The notes below the pieces were generated by a model. The model was not told where the DNA came from. It saw only the letters and a list, made by a program, of their open reading frames with translations, and searched no databases. A program made the translations under genes and the position numbers. Below, in pieces: positions 32,212-42,519 of a stretch of DNA of 64,000 nucleotides (its first letter is position 1; the number at the start of each line of letters is the position of its first letter). Location: contig CAVUVW010000026.1 of NCBI GenBank assembly GCA_963745035.1, forward strand, positions 32,001 to 96,000, read 5' to 3'. The DNA comes from an uncultured delta proteobacterium (GTDB lineage: Bacteria; Desulfobacterota; Binatia; UBA9968).

Positions 32212-32415
32212 TTACGCCGCGTGCGGTCCTTCCGAGTCGTTTACAAAACAGTCCACACCCAAGGTCAGCTTCAACCGCTCCCGCTCTTCTGGCGTCGGGT
32301 CGCGATGGCCCTGCACTATTCGACTCAATTTTGATTCCTCGATGCGTAGCGGCTTAGCCGCGCGGATCTGAGAACCAAACCGACGAATCAAAGCCATCTT
32401 CAGTTCCACGTTCAT
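32212..32415 (-). CDS. Cro-like HTH protein
   Basis: FGSQIRAAKPLRIEESKLSRIVQGHRDPT; first gene of the leftward operon. Confidence 0.7.
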   Translation of the reverse strand: MNVELKMALIRRFGSQIRAAKPLRIEESKLSRIVQGHRDPTPEERERLKLTLGVDCFVNDSEGPHAA

Positions 32416-32525
32416 TTGGCTCTACCTCTCTTGGGTCAACAACAATTCTGCTATTGTATTTCTCATATGTCCCGCGTATTGTCTATAAATGCTTGGGACA
32501 GAGCATAGGAGGGATTTTTCAAGAA

Positions 32526-33446
32526 ATGCACCATACAAACAGCGAAGAGCTGACCAACCTTGCTAATTTTTTGAATCTGAGGCTTACCCAAAACTTTGAT
32601 GTGGTATCTGGGCCAACCGACCGAGCTATCAAGTTCATGCGGACCTACGGCGACTTTATCCGTACCAATGGCGATCCACTGCCCGAGCTGGTTGAGACCC
32701 AACGGGAGATTGCGTTTTTTCTGAAAGCCGCTCTTCAGCCCGAGGTCTTGGTAAAATCTTATCCGCGGCGGCGAAAGTTCAAACGTAGGGGAAAGGTCCC
32801 TATCGATGATTTTTCGACGAACTTCAAGGCCCAAAACGCGCAGATGGTCGCCAATTTTAAAGCCGATCCCGGCCATTTCCTTCACCCGCTTATCGAAAGA
32901 ATTAATGAGGCAGAGCGCCGCGCGCAGTGGATAGCTGAAGAATCGCCGCCAGCAACGGCCTGGAATCTCTCCATCCGGGACAAGCGCTGGTCACTGAAAA
33001 GAAACCCGTACGGCGGCCCAGGGACGGTCCTTCACTGGCTCGCACGGGTTTTGGAGCAGAACGAGCTTTCAAAACTAGGGTGCTGCCATGTTTGCCGGCG
33101 GTTTTTTGTTTTGGAGCGCCACTGGCAAGTTTACTGCGGCGAGAAGTGCCGCACCAAATACAGCAACTACACTTCAGCGTTCAGAAAAGCTGACAATCGG
33201 GCAACAAAGAAGAGGGCCGAAGCTGCGAAGCGGCTTGCGAAGCAACGACAGGAGAGCAAGGACAAGCTCCTTTCCAAGTTAAAGTCGCTCGCCTTTTTAA
33301 ACCGGTTGCCCGGTGGCCCAAATCAAAAACACACCAGACAAGCCCAGCTCATCACACTCTTTGAATCGGCTAAGACCGTTGAGGCATTTAGAGCCAACTG
33401 TGATCCTAACCTCCAGCGCTTGCTAGATGCGGTGATTGAAGAATAA
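32526..33446 (+). CDS. Putative regulator with CGNR-like Zn finger (counterpart of 15013..15717)
   Basis: LGCCHVCRRFF......VYCGEKCR; divergent from the replication operon. Confidence 0.6.
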   Translation: MHHTNSEELTNLANFLNLRLTQNFDVVSGPTDRAIKFMRTYGDFIRTNGDPLPELVETQREIAFFLKAALQPEVLVKSYPRRRKFKRRGKVPIDDFSTNFKAQNAQMVANFKADPGHFLHPLIERINEAERRAQWIAEESPPATAWNLSIRDKRWSLKRNPYGGPGTVLHWLARVLEQNELSKLGCCHVCRRFFVLERHWQVYCGEKCRTKYSNYTSAFRKADNRATKKRAEAAKRLAKQRQESKDKLLSKLKSLAFLNRLPGGPNQKHTRQAQLITLFESAKTVEAFRANCDPNLQRLLDAVIEE

Positions 33447-33512
33447 GGATCGGAGTTCGGGCGAAAGATCGGGCCTTGACCTATCCCGACCATTGGTCTA
33501 TATCACTGCTCA

Positions 33513-33686
33513 GTGAGCGCAAAAGAATTTAAGTTGCTACGTGAGCGCCGCGGCTATTCGCAAGCGGAGCTGGCGCGGCTTCTCAAGGTGACCGTGCGAA
33601 CTATTTCCCGCTGGGAAAATGGTCAGCGGAAAGTTCCGCACATTGCCATCATGGCGCTGCAAGGATTGAAACCGAAGAACAAATGA
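33513..33686 (+). CDS. 57-aa XRE HTH regulator
   Basis: MSAKEFKLLRERRGYSQAELARLLKVTVRTISRWENGQRKVP; upstream TTGACC-N17-TATATC with GACCA-T-TGGTC palindrome. Confidence 0.75.
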   Translation: MSAKEFKLLRERRGYSQAELARLLKVTVRTISRWENGQRKVPHIAIMALQGLKPKNK

Positions 33687-33787
33687 CAGGCCGAAATTAA
33701 AGCGGCCGGCTCTTGCAAACCTTCCATGACGTGCGGTAAGCGCCTGCGGCGAGATTCACGAGACGAACCTGCGGGTCAGTCCAACTC

Positions 33788-34639
33788 TTACGCTTCGAAT
33801 GGGATTCCCGGTGACTTTTTTCTTATAGTGTAATCGAAAGACGCTATCAGTCGATTGGTGTTTTCACACTCGGCTGCCTTGTGATAACAGCTCGGTTCCT
33901 CAGCGAAAATAGTTCCCCTTCTGCCCAGAATGGTCTCCATCCTGTTGCCGTACAGTTGGCTCGCAACATCATCGCTGAGCCACAAGTTGCTGATCTCCTT
34001 GAGCGACTTGCGCTTGTGTGTTCCTCGTATAAACAAATGGGGTCCTGAATCTAAGTTAACGTCGGTGAGGTATATGAAAATCGTCAGAGATTTGAAGTCA
34101 TGGCTGTCATAATGGAAATCGTGATAGTTGTAGCCGACCATCCTGCGCCTGAGTTCCCGATTGCTGTTCCGAATATCCTCCCGGCTAAATGTCCACCGTA
34201 GTTGCGTCGTGCCCAACTGCGGCTCGGCCCCAATGTATTTTCGCGCGATTGCCAGGAAAGTTTTGTTTCGCGAGAGGCGATCGATGACGCCACAAGTGAG
34301 GTGTGGATTCCAGTAAGAAATTCGATTGTGCTCCGCACAGTAGGCGAGGATTTGGTCGGTGTACTGGGCTGGGAGGCACCCGATCTTTGCCGCGCCGTTT
34401 TTCTCGATCTCGGCAACGATCTGGTCTATGTCGATTTGGGCAAACTCTGGATGTGTCTCCGCTTGCAGTGGCTTAGACCTACTTAATGTTCGATAAAAAC
34501 CAAGTAGAGGTCTCTGCAGTGGGCCGAACATTATCATGGCGCGAGTTGTCCGAGCCCATCGGAGTAACCGGGGATCGTTTCGAATATACTGTTTCAGCCA
34601 CTGCATGTGTTCGAGCCGGGTGTCTTGCCCTACAATCAT
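33788..34639 (-). CDS. PhyH-like Fe(II)/2OG dioxygenase (cargo)
   Basis: FHYDSHD, IFIYLTDV..DSGPH.FIRGTH, G.IFAEE...YHKA. Confidence 0.75.
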   Translation of the reverse strand: MIVGQDTRLEHMQWLKQYIRNDPRLLRWARTTRAMIMFGPLQRPLLGFYRTLSRSKPLQAETHPEFAQIDIDQIVAEIEKNGAAKIGCLPAQYTDQILAYCAEHNRISYWNPHLTCGVIDRLSRNKTFLAIARKYIGAEPQLGTTQLRWTFSREDIRNSNRELRRRMVGYNYHDFHYDSHDFKSLTIFIYLTDVNLDSGPHLFIRGTHKRKSLKEISNLWLSDDVASQLYGNRMETILGRRGTIFAEEPSCYHKAAECENTNRLIASFDYTIRKKSPGIPFEA

Positions 34640-35701
34640 GCAGGGGTTGAGCTTTTGTATGTCCAGTTAGCCATTCAAATAACCTCCAGCCGGACGCGCT
34701 GTAGAGCACGGATTATGCCGGGGCGTTTTGGAGGAACTACGAGAATCTATGGAAACGAAGTATTCGCAGGAGCGGCGGCATTTATGCCCGGCGTGGTAAC
34801 AGGCAGAGGAAACTCAGGCGAGGATCTCTTGCCGTAAAGGTGGAAAGCGCGCATTCAAACAGTCATCCGCGGGCATAGGGATTGTTTTAAATCGCGAATG
34901 CGATAGAAGCGCATCTTGGAGGGTCAAACGATGGCCAGTAGCAAAAAAGGTGAACTAGCTCTGCTTTTTCTGCTCGTCTTTCCAAGCCTTCCTGCGCTCG
35001 AACTCGATGTTTACCATTGTGCAGCCGTGGCCGCGGTTTAAGATCTCGTAGACCGTGAGTTTCATAAATTTGGACATGCTATCGACCAGCTTGACAGCTT
35101 CGTCCTCTTTATCTTTGAGGTGGACCGGGGCGATCATCTAACTTTCTTTTCATCCACTGGATACTAAACACACGGTTTCCAATGCCTTAACCGCTGAAGA
35201 AGATTTGCAACGAATACGCCAGCACCCTGAAGTGGGCCACGACTACCACTGGCGCCAAAGATTGGCGGTAACGCCGGAGTTTAAATGCCCGAAAAAAGAA
35301 AGTGATTATCCTATACGGGCGCGCGGTGCGATCGGCGCCCGGTTCTGCTATTTAGGGGCGGTCATGACAGAGGAGAAACCACTCACAGAACAGGAGAAGC
35401 GCTATCTCGGCGCGCTGAAATTATTTATGGAGAGCAGCGAGGATCCGAAGCATCACGACGCTGGCAAAGTGCTCGACGAAATGTCAGCGGAAGAGCAACG
35501 CCGCATCATCGCTACATATCATTTTGGCCTGGAAAATCCGCAGGCGTTTTTGCTCGCTAACAAAATCATGGGTTGGATCTCGCCAATACTTCACCCTTGG
35601 AAGACTATTAGGGATATCCTTCGCAATTTTTTATAATTACCAAAGCGGGCGCGAATCACCGCACCCGCCGCACATCGTAGCCAGTGTTAATGCCCTTGAA
35701 C

Positions 35702-35878
35702 TCATTTTTTTCCTGGGAACATTTGGGATTCGAGCCTAACGCATTCTTCGCAAACGCGCTCGCCGGCGGGGAGCTGTCCAAACTGGACCTGAATATAATT
35801 TGTCTCCGGCCAACCCGGACATTTAGTATGGAAGTGCCAGCGGGAACCGTCTTTGCGCTTACGGTAAACTACGATCAT
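35702..35878 (-). CDS. 58-aa Cys/His-rich protein, copy 1
   Basis: MIVVYRKRKDGSRWHFHTKCPGWPETNYIQVQFGQLPAGERVCEECVRLESQMFPGKK. Confidence 0.65.
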   Translation of the reverse strand: MIVVYRKRKDGSRWHFHTKCPGWPETNYIQVQFGQLPAGERVCEECVRLESQMFPGKK

Positions 35879-36006
35879 CTTTTAATTTTATCTCGACTGA
35901 AGACCGGTGCAAAGTTTTTTTCCACGGGTCGCGAGGAGCCGGCGAGTAGAATCCGGAAGGGTGAAGAGCACGCACAGCAACACGCATCTTAGATGCTTAA
36001 CTGGCG

Positions 36007-36228
36007 TTATCTCCGCCCGTCAACCCAATTTATGGCAAACCGCAGAGCTTCTTTTTCCGCTTCCTCGTAAGTGCCAAAGTTTTCAGCGAAGTGCCATCCC
36101 ATCCAAAGCCTAACGCGTTCCTTGCCGTCCTCGTTCCAGTTAACTTGCGCAATGGGTTTAAATCCGATGGCGTTCCGAAGTGCTGCAGCAGTCGCCCGGA
36201 TTAGATATTGTTTGTAAACTTCTTCCAT
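36007..36228 (-). CDS. Hypothetical protein
   Basis: 73-aa ORF, MEEVYKQYLIRA...EAEKEALRFAINWVD. Confidence 0.55.
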   Translation of the reverse strand: MEEVYKQYLIRATAAALRNAIGFKPIAQVNWNEDGKERVRLWMGWHFAENFGTYEEAEKEALRFAINWVDGRR

Positions 36229-37345
36229 TCTTTTTCTATAATCCGGAGCTCTTACAGATTCTGTCCAATAGTGAACCCTTTTTCACTAGCACTGTTGCGT
36301 TAACGCTTTATGTTGAGATAGAAGCGCGGATATGGCGACAGTCGAAGAAGCAAACCGCCTTGCCAAACTCTACAAAGATCATACGGGCAGCGCTTCTTGT
36401 TTTTTTGGAAAACAAAGATGCGGTGTCCTCAGCGGTGTAGAGTAATCGTGTGAGTTTCCGGCAAGCGCTCCGCTGGATCATCATCGCGGTGCTAGCCGTC
36501 GTTCTGTGGGCGGTTTATCTCTACTCCTAGCCGACATACCCACAGCAAACCTCACCCACGGGCAATAGCGTCAGTACGGATCTCTAACTTTTCGGGAACA
36601 TGGCCGCGTCGAGCTTTGCGCATTCGTCGCAGATGCGCTCATCTTCAGCGAGAACTATAAATCGCACTTGGATGTAATCTGATTCAGGCCAGCGCGAGCA
36701 TTGCCGTATGGAAACCGACAACGGGAGGGCGCACCATGAAAATCTTCTGCAAAGCTGTCCTAGCCGGCCTTACATTTCTGCTGTGTTTTTATTCAACAAC
36801 GATTGCGATGAGCGTCATGTCCGCCCTGGACTCGGCACCGCTGGCGTTTTGAATCGTTGTGAATGGGTACGAACCGGCTACTCGCCGTCCCGCGGTTTTG
36901 GTTTGCTGACTGTTTCGAGAACCTTCTGGATTTCGAGGATTACTTTTTCCTGTTTCTCTGAAAGCTTTTTGGACTGCTCTAACAGCCTGCGACTACTTTT
37001 TAACAGTTTCTTTACTTCCTTCGGCATTCGGACATGATACTATCTCGGGTTTGGTCAGCCAAGTCTCTTACGCGCGGAAGGGACAATAAAGCTATGGACC
37101 GGGGGATATGGACATTGAGATGCCAGAAGTGCCGGGAGACGTTCGAGGTTGAATTGAAGCCCGGCGAAAGAATCATCCAATACGCCAGAGAAGCAGCTTG
37201 CCCACACTGCCAGAATAAGCCAGACGGTGAAACCGTGCCTTGGCACCATATCACCACTTTCAAAAATACTTAGAACCGAATCCACTTGAATCAAGCCATG
37301 AAGCGCTTCCGCTTATCTGGCGGACCGCGTGAAAGGTAAAAGACG

Positions 37346-37621
37346 ATGAAACTTGGCGAGCAACCTTGGTGGCCGAGAAAATGGAGAAGGCCACCAATGT
37401 ACGAAAATATTCCGGCCGAGGAGATCAGAAAAGACGGCATTTTTGTAGACTGCGACCTATTTCCGAGCGATCTCATGATCCGGGTTAATTACAAGGGCAT
37501 GGATGTTAGCGGCCGGATCGCTAGTGGGAATTTGAATGCACCCGCAAATCTACAGCTTATGGATCTCCTTTCCGACTACACCGGAAGTTCAATGCAAAGT
37601 ATCGAGGATCTGGTATTTTGA
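37346..37621 (+). CDS. Hypothetical protein (MKL..WP family)
   Basis: MKLGEQPWWPRKW...GSSMQSIEDL. Confidence 0.55.
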   Translation: MKLGEQPWWPRKWRRPPMYENIPAEEIRKDGIFVDCDLFPSDLMIRVNYKGMDVSGRIASGNLNAPANLQLMDLLSDYTGSSMQSIEDLVF

Positions 37622-37674
37622 CTCACGGTCACCGCACCTGCCGCACATCGTAGCCGGGGTTAATGCCCTTGAAG

Positions 37675-37851
37675 TCATTTTTTCCCCGGGAACATTTGGG
37701 ATTCAAGCCTGACGCATTCTTCACAAACGCGCTCGCCGGCGGTGAGCTGTCCAGACTGGACCTGAATATAATTAGTCTCCGGCCAACCCGGACATGCAGT
37801 ATGGAAGTGCCAGCGGGAGCCGTCTTTGCGCTTGCGGTAAACGACGATCAT
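37675..37851 (-). CDS. 58-aa Cys/His-rich protein, copy 2
   Basis: Near-identical to 35702..35878 with mostly synonymous changes. Confidence 0.65.
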   Translation of the reverse strand: MIVVYRKRKDGSRWHFHTACPGWPETNYIQVQSGQLTAGERVCEECVRLESQMFPGKK

Positions 37852-38439
37852 CTTTTCATCTTATCCCGCTTGAAGATCGGTTCAAAGTTTTTTTCCACGA
37901 GAGCCGGCGAGTCGAAATCCGGAACGTGAAAAACAGGCACGGCAAAACACACGCGCGGGTTTGACTGGTTTTTCTCCGGACGCTGGGATAGAAGCTGATG
38001 ATGGATAAAAAATTGGAAGGGCTTCAGCAGGACATCGAAACCCTGCTTCAACAGTTCACAAATGAGACCGGCCAAGTTGTTCTAAAAATTGACGTCAGTA
38101 ACAGCGATGTGCAGGCCAATAACATCAAGGTAAGCCGAGTTCGATACGCTGCCAAGGTTGTCTTGAAGGGAGATATTGGCCTGCCTGCCACATCATGAAG
38201 AGCACGCACAGCCACTCACATCCGCGGGCTTAAAGCCGGGCGGCATCCTTGAGGTTGCGCCCGCTAACGCCTCCATCAGTGTAGTCGAACCTGTCTCACC
38301 TTTGAAACAGCGCCCCGCTATCAATCCCAAATTTCAGAGGTACATGGGAAAAATTTAGAGATTTTATTAGCTGGCCTTCGCCTTCCCAGTGGCACGTATA
38401 CTGCGTTGCTATCGGTAGTCCGCCTCATTGTGAGGCATT

Positions 38440-38952
38440 ATGGTACACGCCAGCTCACTAAGAGTTATCGGTCAGGCATTAGAAGTGGCCGACGTTTGTG
38501 CTTTCGAACTTGAGAAACACGGCCAATACTATGTCGTCTGGAGCGATTCGCTGGCAAATACAGAAAAGTGGATTTCTGACTTGGCGCTCACTGCGGATTG
38601 TTGTGCCGCAGGCGCTCGGCAGGACAAGGCAAACTGCTCTTTGTGTTTCAGCCGGTCCGATATAATTCGTCTGGATCATAAGGCCAGTAAACGTAGGCAC
38701 AGCGCGTCATCATCCCATACCCAGGGCAACAAGCTTCCTCAATTACTGCGTACCGTGGGCGAACACCTAGACCGGAATGCAGTTGGTGCATTTCGTCTTT
38801 CTTGGACGCCGGAGGACGCAAGAGTTTCGATCCTACCTACCAATGACTTAATGCTTGAAAAAATAACATTCACCCAAGAGAAGCTTCGGCAGCTCTCGTT
38901 GCATACTCGACTCCGACGATCAAAGCCGCACGGTCTCCAGTTAATCCACTAA
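38440..38952 (+). CDS. Hypothetical protein, paralog of 53036..53575
   Basis: SLRVIGQALE...FEL.K...Y; LLRTVGEHLD. Confidence 0.65.
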   Translation: MVHASSLRVIGQALEVADVCAFELEKHGQYYVVWSDSLANTEKWISDLALTADCCAAGARQDKANCSLCFSRSDIIRLDHKASKRRHSASSSHTQGNKLPQLLRTVGEHLDRNAVGAFRLSWTPEDARVSILPTNDLMLEKITFTQEKLRQLSLHTRLRRSKPHGLQLIH

Positions 38953-39069
38953 AATGAGCTTTGCGGCACGCTACGTCACCGCCAGCTTACGGGCTTTCTC
39001 GAGCGAGCCGAAGCCGTCGGCGTGACGAAGATGCGGGCCGCCCTGACGGAGCGGCCGTCGCCGATGCTC

Positions 39070-39699
39070 TCAAAGATACTGGGCTAACTTTGCCAATCCC
39101 TTGATGAGAATCGGATGATTCCCGAGCCCGGTGCGCTCAAGCTCTTTTGTTAGCCGCGCGACTTCTTCGGGTGTGCCGAATGATTCGAGCACCTCGCGCG
39201 CCTGGGATAGCGTCTCATCACTGTTCGCGCCGCCGAACTCCGGATCGTTTTGAAATTCCTGTTTCCAGCTCATCACTTCGTCGTAACGCTTCTCGCCGAT
39301 CTCTTGGTATTCGGCAACCTGCCGGGCAGAGTCTCCAATGGCGCGCAAATGCAGATCGGCAAAGCGCTGCATCTGCTCAGCCGTGAAACCGTGCTCACGG
39401 CCAAGCTTGGTGAAGTCGCGCATCAAACCGTCGTCGACAATGGCGCCGTCGGGAAGCTTCAAATCGTAGAGATCCGCGGCGGCGGCATCCTCGGCCAGCT
39501 TATTAAGGTAATTTTTGCCGTCGGCCTTGTCGCTCGGCTCAGCCTTCGGCGCTTCCTTCGTGTTTTCCTTGGCCGGTTCCTTCCCGTACAGCACTTCCGC
39601 TAAAGGCCGCTCTGCGCTGCCTGACTTGCTTGCCGGCGCGCTCTCCGTGGTCTGCGACGGATACAGTACATCCGCCGCGCTTCGTTCTGATGTTTCCAT
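39070..39699 (-). CDS. Podovirus-type (BPP-1/epsilon15-like) capsid scaffold-like protein
   Basis: Low-complexity N-terminus, YDLKLPDG, EQMQRFAD, W...DPEFGG, FGTP, TGLGNHP; AGGAGG RBS. Confidence 0.65.
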   Translation of the reverse strand: METSERSAADVLYPSQTTESAPASKSGSAERPLAEVLYGKEPAKENTKEAPKAEPSDKADGKNYLNKLAEDAAAADLYDLKLPDGAIVDDGLMRDFTKLGREHGFTAEQMQRFADLHLRAIGDSARQVAEYQEIGEKRYDEVMSWKQEFQNDPEFGGANSDETLSQAREVLESFGTPEEVARLTKELERTGLGNHPILIKGLAKLAQYL

Positions 39700-39953
39700 G
39701 CCTACCTCCTCGCCGGATCGTTTATCGCGTTCGGCAGCGCGCAATTCGAGTAACAGAATGACGGAAAAGTCGACGAGCCTTGGCTCCTGAACCTCGTCAT
39801 CAGACAATCGTCCTTATGCTTGCAACCCTCCGGTGGCTGCGTTCGCGGCTGCACGCCCGCAATAATTTCATCGTCACGCTTGTGCTGCTCCCGGTAGATT
39901 TCTGATTGATCCATGTTTCGTTTTCTCCTTCTTGGTTGTGGGTTAGTAATCGG

Positions 39954-40391
39954 TCACATAGCCACGAAATTTTTCGGGTAAGTGTGTGATAGCTGCGTAT
40001 CAGCCGCGATCCTCGCCGAGACCTTTCCGGCGGTCATCGGACCGGTAGTCACCGTGTAAACCAACCCGAGATAGCGCTGGATCGTACGCTCTGGAACTTG
40101 AAGCACGATTGGCGTTCGGCCTACGGCTAAATCGGCGAGAGTGAGCGTCACCCGAGCCAGAAGCGTCGGCGTATCCAGAGACTCATTATCGGCCGTCGCT
40201 GTGGCTATCTGGAGTGTTGCCGCACCGTCGGCGGTGAAGCTCTCGGTCACGATGACCACAACATCTAGTATATCGACCGCGGACCCGCGAATATTCGGTG
40301 CGACGACACCGAGGTCGATCACGTTGGTAGAGTCCCGCGTCACGGTGATTGCCGCGTTTTCATCGAAGCTATTTTGTTTGTCGAAGATCAT
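39954..40391 (-). CDS. Bbp16-like capsid cement/decoration protein
   Basis: MIFDKQNSF....AIT...DSTNVIDLG...V.VTESF...GAATL...RYLGLVYTVTTGPMTAGKVSA. Confidence 0.75.
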   Translation of the reverse strand: MIFDKQNSFDENAAITVTRDSTNVIDLGVVAPNIRGSAVDILDVVVIVTESFTADGAATLQIATATADNESLDTPTLLARVTLTLADLAVGRTPIVLQVPERTIQRYLGLVYTVTTGPMTAGKVSARIAADTQLSHTYPKNFVAM

Positions 40392-41092
40392 TTTTCCCTC
40401 TTTGGTTGTGGGTTAATAGGCGGTCGCTTCGGTTTGATACTTAGCTATGCAATCACCACCCTTCGCGATACGGGTCGTATTCGCTGACAACGTTTTCCAA
40501 TTCCCGCACCCGGGTAAAAGCCACGATTTTTGCTGGCTCAGGCGGCCGTAAACCGCACACCCAAAAGCAGTACGGGTCCATCCCAACGCGACGGTTAACT
40601 ACTCTGCCCATCGGGCACTTCTCGGCTTTGCACTCAGCCATTGAGTCTCCGCTCTTGCTCCTTGGCTCTTTCAAACGGGTCGTAGTCGGTTTGGACTTTC
40701 CCGACACCGCTAAGCCCGTGATGGTGTTGGGTGTAGAGCTGGCGGAGATACCACTCGATTGTGTTCTCAATATCCAGCGGGTTCTCCGGCGTCGGCTTCC
40801 AGATTTTATGGCTCACCAGCCACAACTTATCCGCCTCTTTATCCCACGCCACGGCAACCACGGCTGCGCAGTCATGCTTGATGCCGGCATCCACGCCGAC
40901 GAAAAGCCCGGTTGTCTTGCCGCGCTCGATTGCGGCACAGCACGCCATCGCCAGCGCAACAATGGCGTCAATTTTCTTCGATGCCTTTTCCTTCGCGATC
41001 CTCCAGCCGCGGGGATGCTCGACGGCAATCGTGCTTAGCGCCTGGCTCCGTAGATCATCGGCCGGATACATCACCAGATTGCGACCGTTGAG

Positions 41093-42519
41093 ACTTGTAT
41101 GATGGATGTCGGCTCTGAACCGGGAGTGCTCTGCTACAATGCCCGAAACGCCAAAGGCATTGTGCAAGGAGGCACTCAGCATGGGACACAAAGCGTTTAT
41201 ACCACAAGAGTACGATGTGTTTGCGGGCTTGGACGTAGATAAAAGAAGCATCTCGGTGACCTTTAGCAACCATCAGCAAGGATTTGTCCGATCGTTGCAC
41301 ATGCCGTACAGCGTGGAGCACTTGCTCAAGCACGTACGCAAGCATTATCCCGATCAGAAGGTTGCGTTTGTCTATGAAGCTGGACCGACGGGGTATGGAT
41401 TGTATGATGGGCTTTCGGCCCAGGGGTATAACTGCTTGGTGGCGGCACCTTCGATGATCCCTCGAGCTCCCGGGCAAAGAGTCAAAACCAATCGCCTCGA
41501 TAGCCGAGGGTTGTCGGAGAGCTTGCGCGGTGGACAGTTGAAGAGCATTCACGTGCCTTCGCCCATTTATCGAGAGCTTCGCCATCTCACTCAGCTGCGC
41601 GACACCTTGGTCAGTGAAGTGGCGGGGATGAAGCAGCGGATTCAATCGCTGTTGCTGTTTGAGGGGATCGCTTTCCCAGCGGCTCCCGCTGGGAGCCGCT
41701 GGTCTTTGAAAGTGAAGAGCCAACTGAGGAAACTTCAGTGCTCTAAGAGCATGCGCTTTAAACTCGATCAGTTGCTCGACAACGTGGAGTTTTCTGAGAA
41801 GCAGGTCGTGAAAGTGACCAAAGAGATTCGCAAGCTCTGTCAGAACGATCCTGAACTGGCGCAGTGCATGAAGTATATGATGAGCGTTTGTGGCATCGGC
41901 TGGATTGTGGCCAGTCAGCTCCTGGCTCGTATCGGTGATTGGCGGGAACTTAAAAACGTGCGTCAGCTGGCAGGGTTTTTGGGGCTGGTTCCGAGTGAGG
42001 ACTCTACGGGAGAGAAAACCGATCGAGGCTCGATCACCCGCACGGGACATGGCCGCCTGAGGAGTAAACTCATCCAAGCGGCCTGGTCGGCGATTCGCCA
42101 AGATGGTGAACTTCGGGAGTTTTACAGTTCGGTATGCCGCAGACACCCGCGGCATATGGGTCCGCGAGTCGCCATCGTCGCCGTGGCGCGCAAGCTCAGC
42201 ACCCGGATTGCTGCGGTGTTGATGGAACAACGGCCCTATGTGATGAGACAAAAAGTTCATTCAGCTCCTTTGACCCAAGAGGAGACATCGCCCCAGGGAA
42301 CGGCTCGACGACTTTGAGAACCGGGAGAAACAAACTCCTGACGGTTCGATCCTTGAGACAGAGATCCCGGGGCTTTGTGCCTTAGAGAGGGGCGCATTTT
42401 AAGTCAGTGTGACGGCCGGGTGCCGTGCCACGCATAGCAGCAAGTCTCTCTTGGCCGGGAAAGAAGAAGGGATAAACTAAGAGCATTCGCGGTGTAGCGA
42501 CTTGACATCCACATAGCAG
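41093..42519 (+). mobile_element. IS110-family, IS1111-type insertion sequence
   Basis: AG core at both junctions, subterminal IR TGGATGTC/GACATCCA, ~200-bp non-coding region downstream of the transposase. Confidence 0.9.
41181..42317 (+). CDS. IS110-family transposase/recombinase
   Basis: FAGLDVDK, YEAGPTG, KTNRLDS (DEDD-like), GLVPSEDSTG conserved serine. Confidence 0.95.
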   Translation: MGHKAFIPQEYDVFAGLDVDKRSISVTFSNHQQGFVRSLHMPYSVEHLLKHVRKHYPDQKVAFVYEAGPTGYGLYDGLSAQGYNCLVAAPSMIPRAPGQRVKTNRLDSRGLSESLRGGQLKSIHVPSPIYRELRHLTQLRDTLVSEVAGMKQRIQSLLLFEGIAFPAAPAGSRWSLKVKSQLRKLQCSKSMRFKLDQLLDNVEFSEKQVVKVTKEIRKLCQNDPELAQCMKYMMSVCGIGWIVASQLLARIGDWRELKNVRQLAGFLGLVPSEDSTGEKTDRGSITRTGHGRLRSKLIQAAWSAIRQDGELREFYSSVCRRHPRHMGPRVAIVAVARKLSTRIAAVLMEQRPYVMRQKVHSAPLTQEETSPQGTARRL

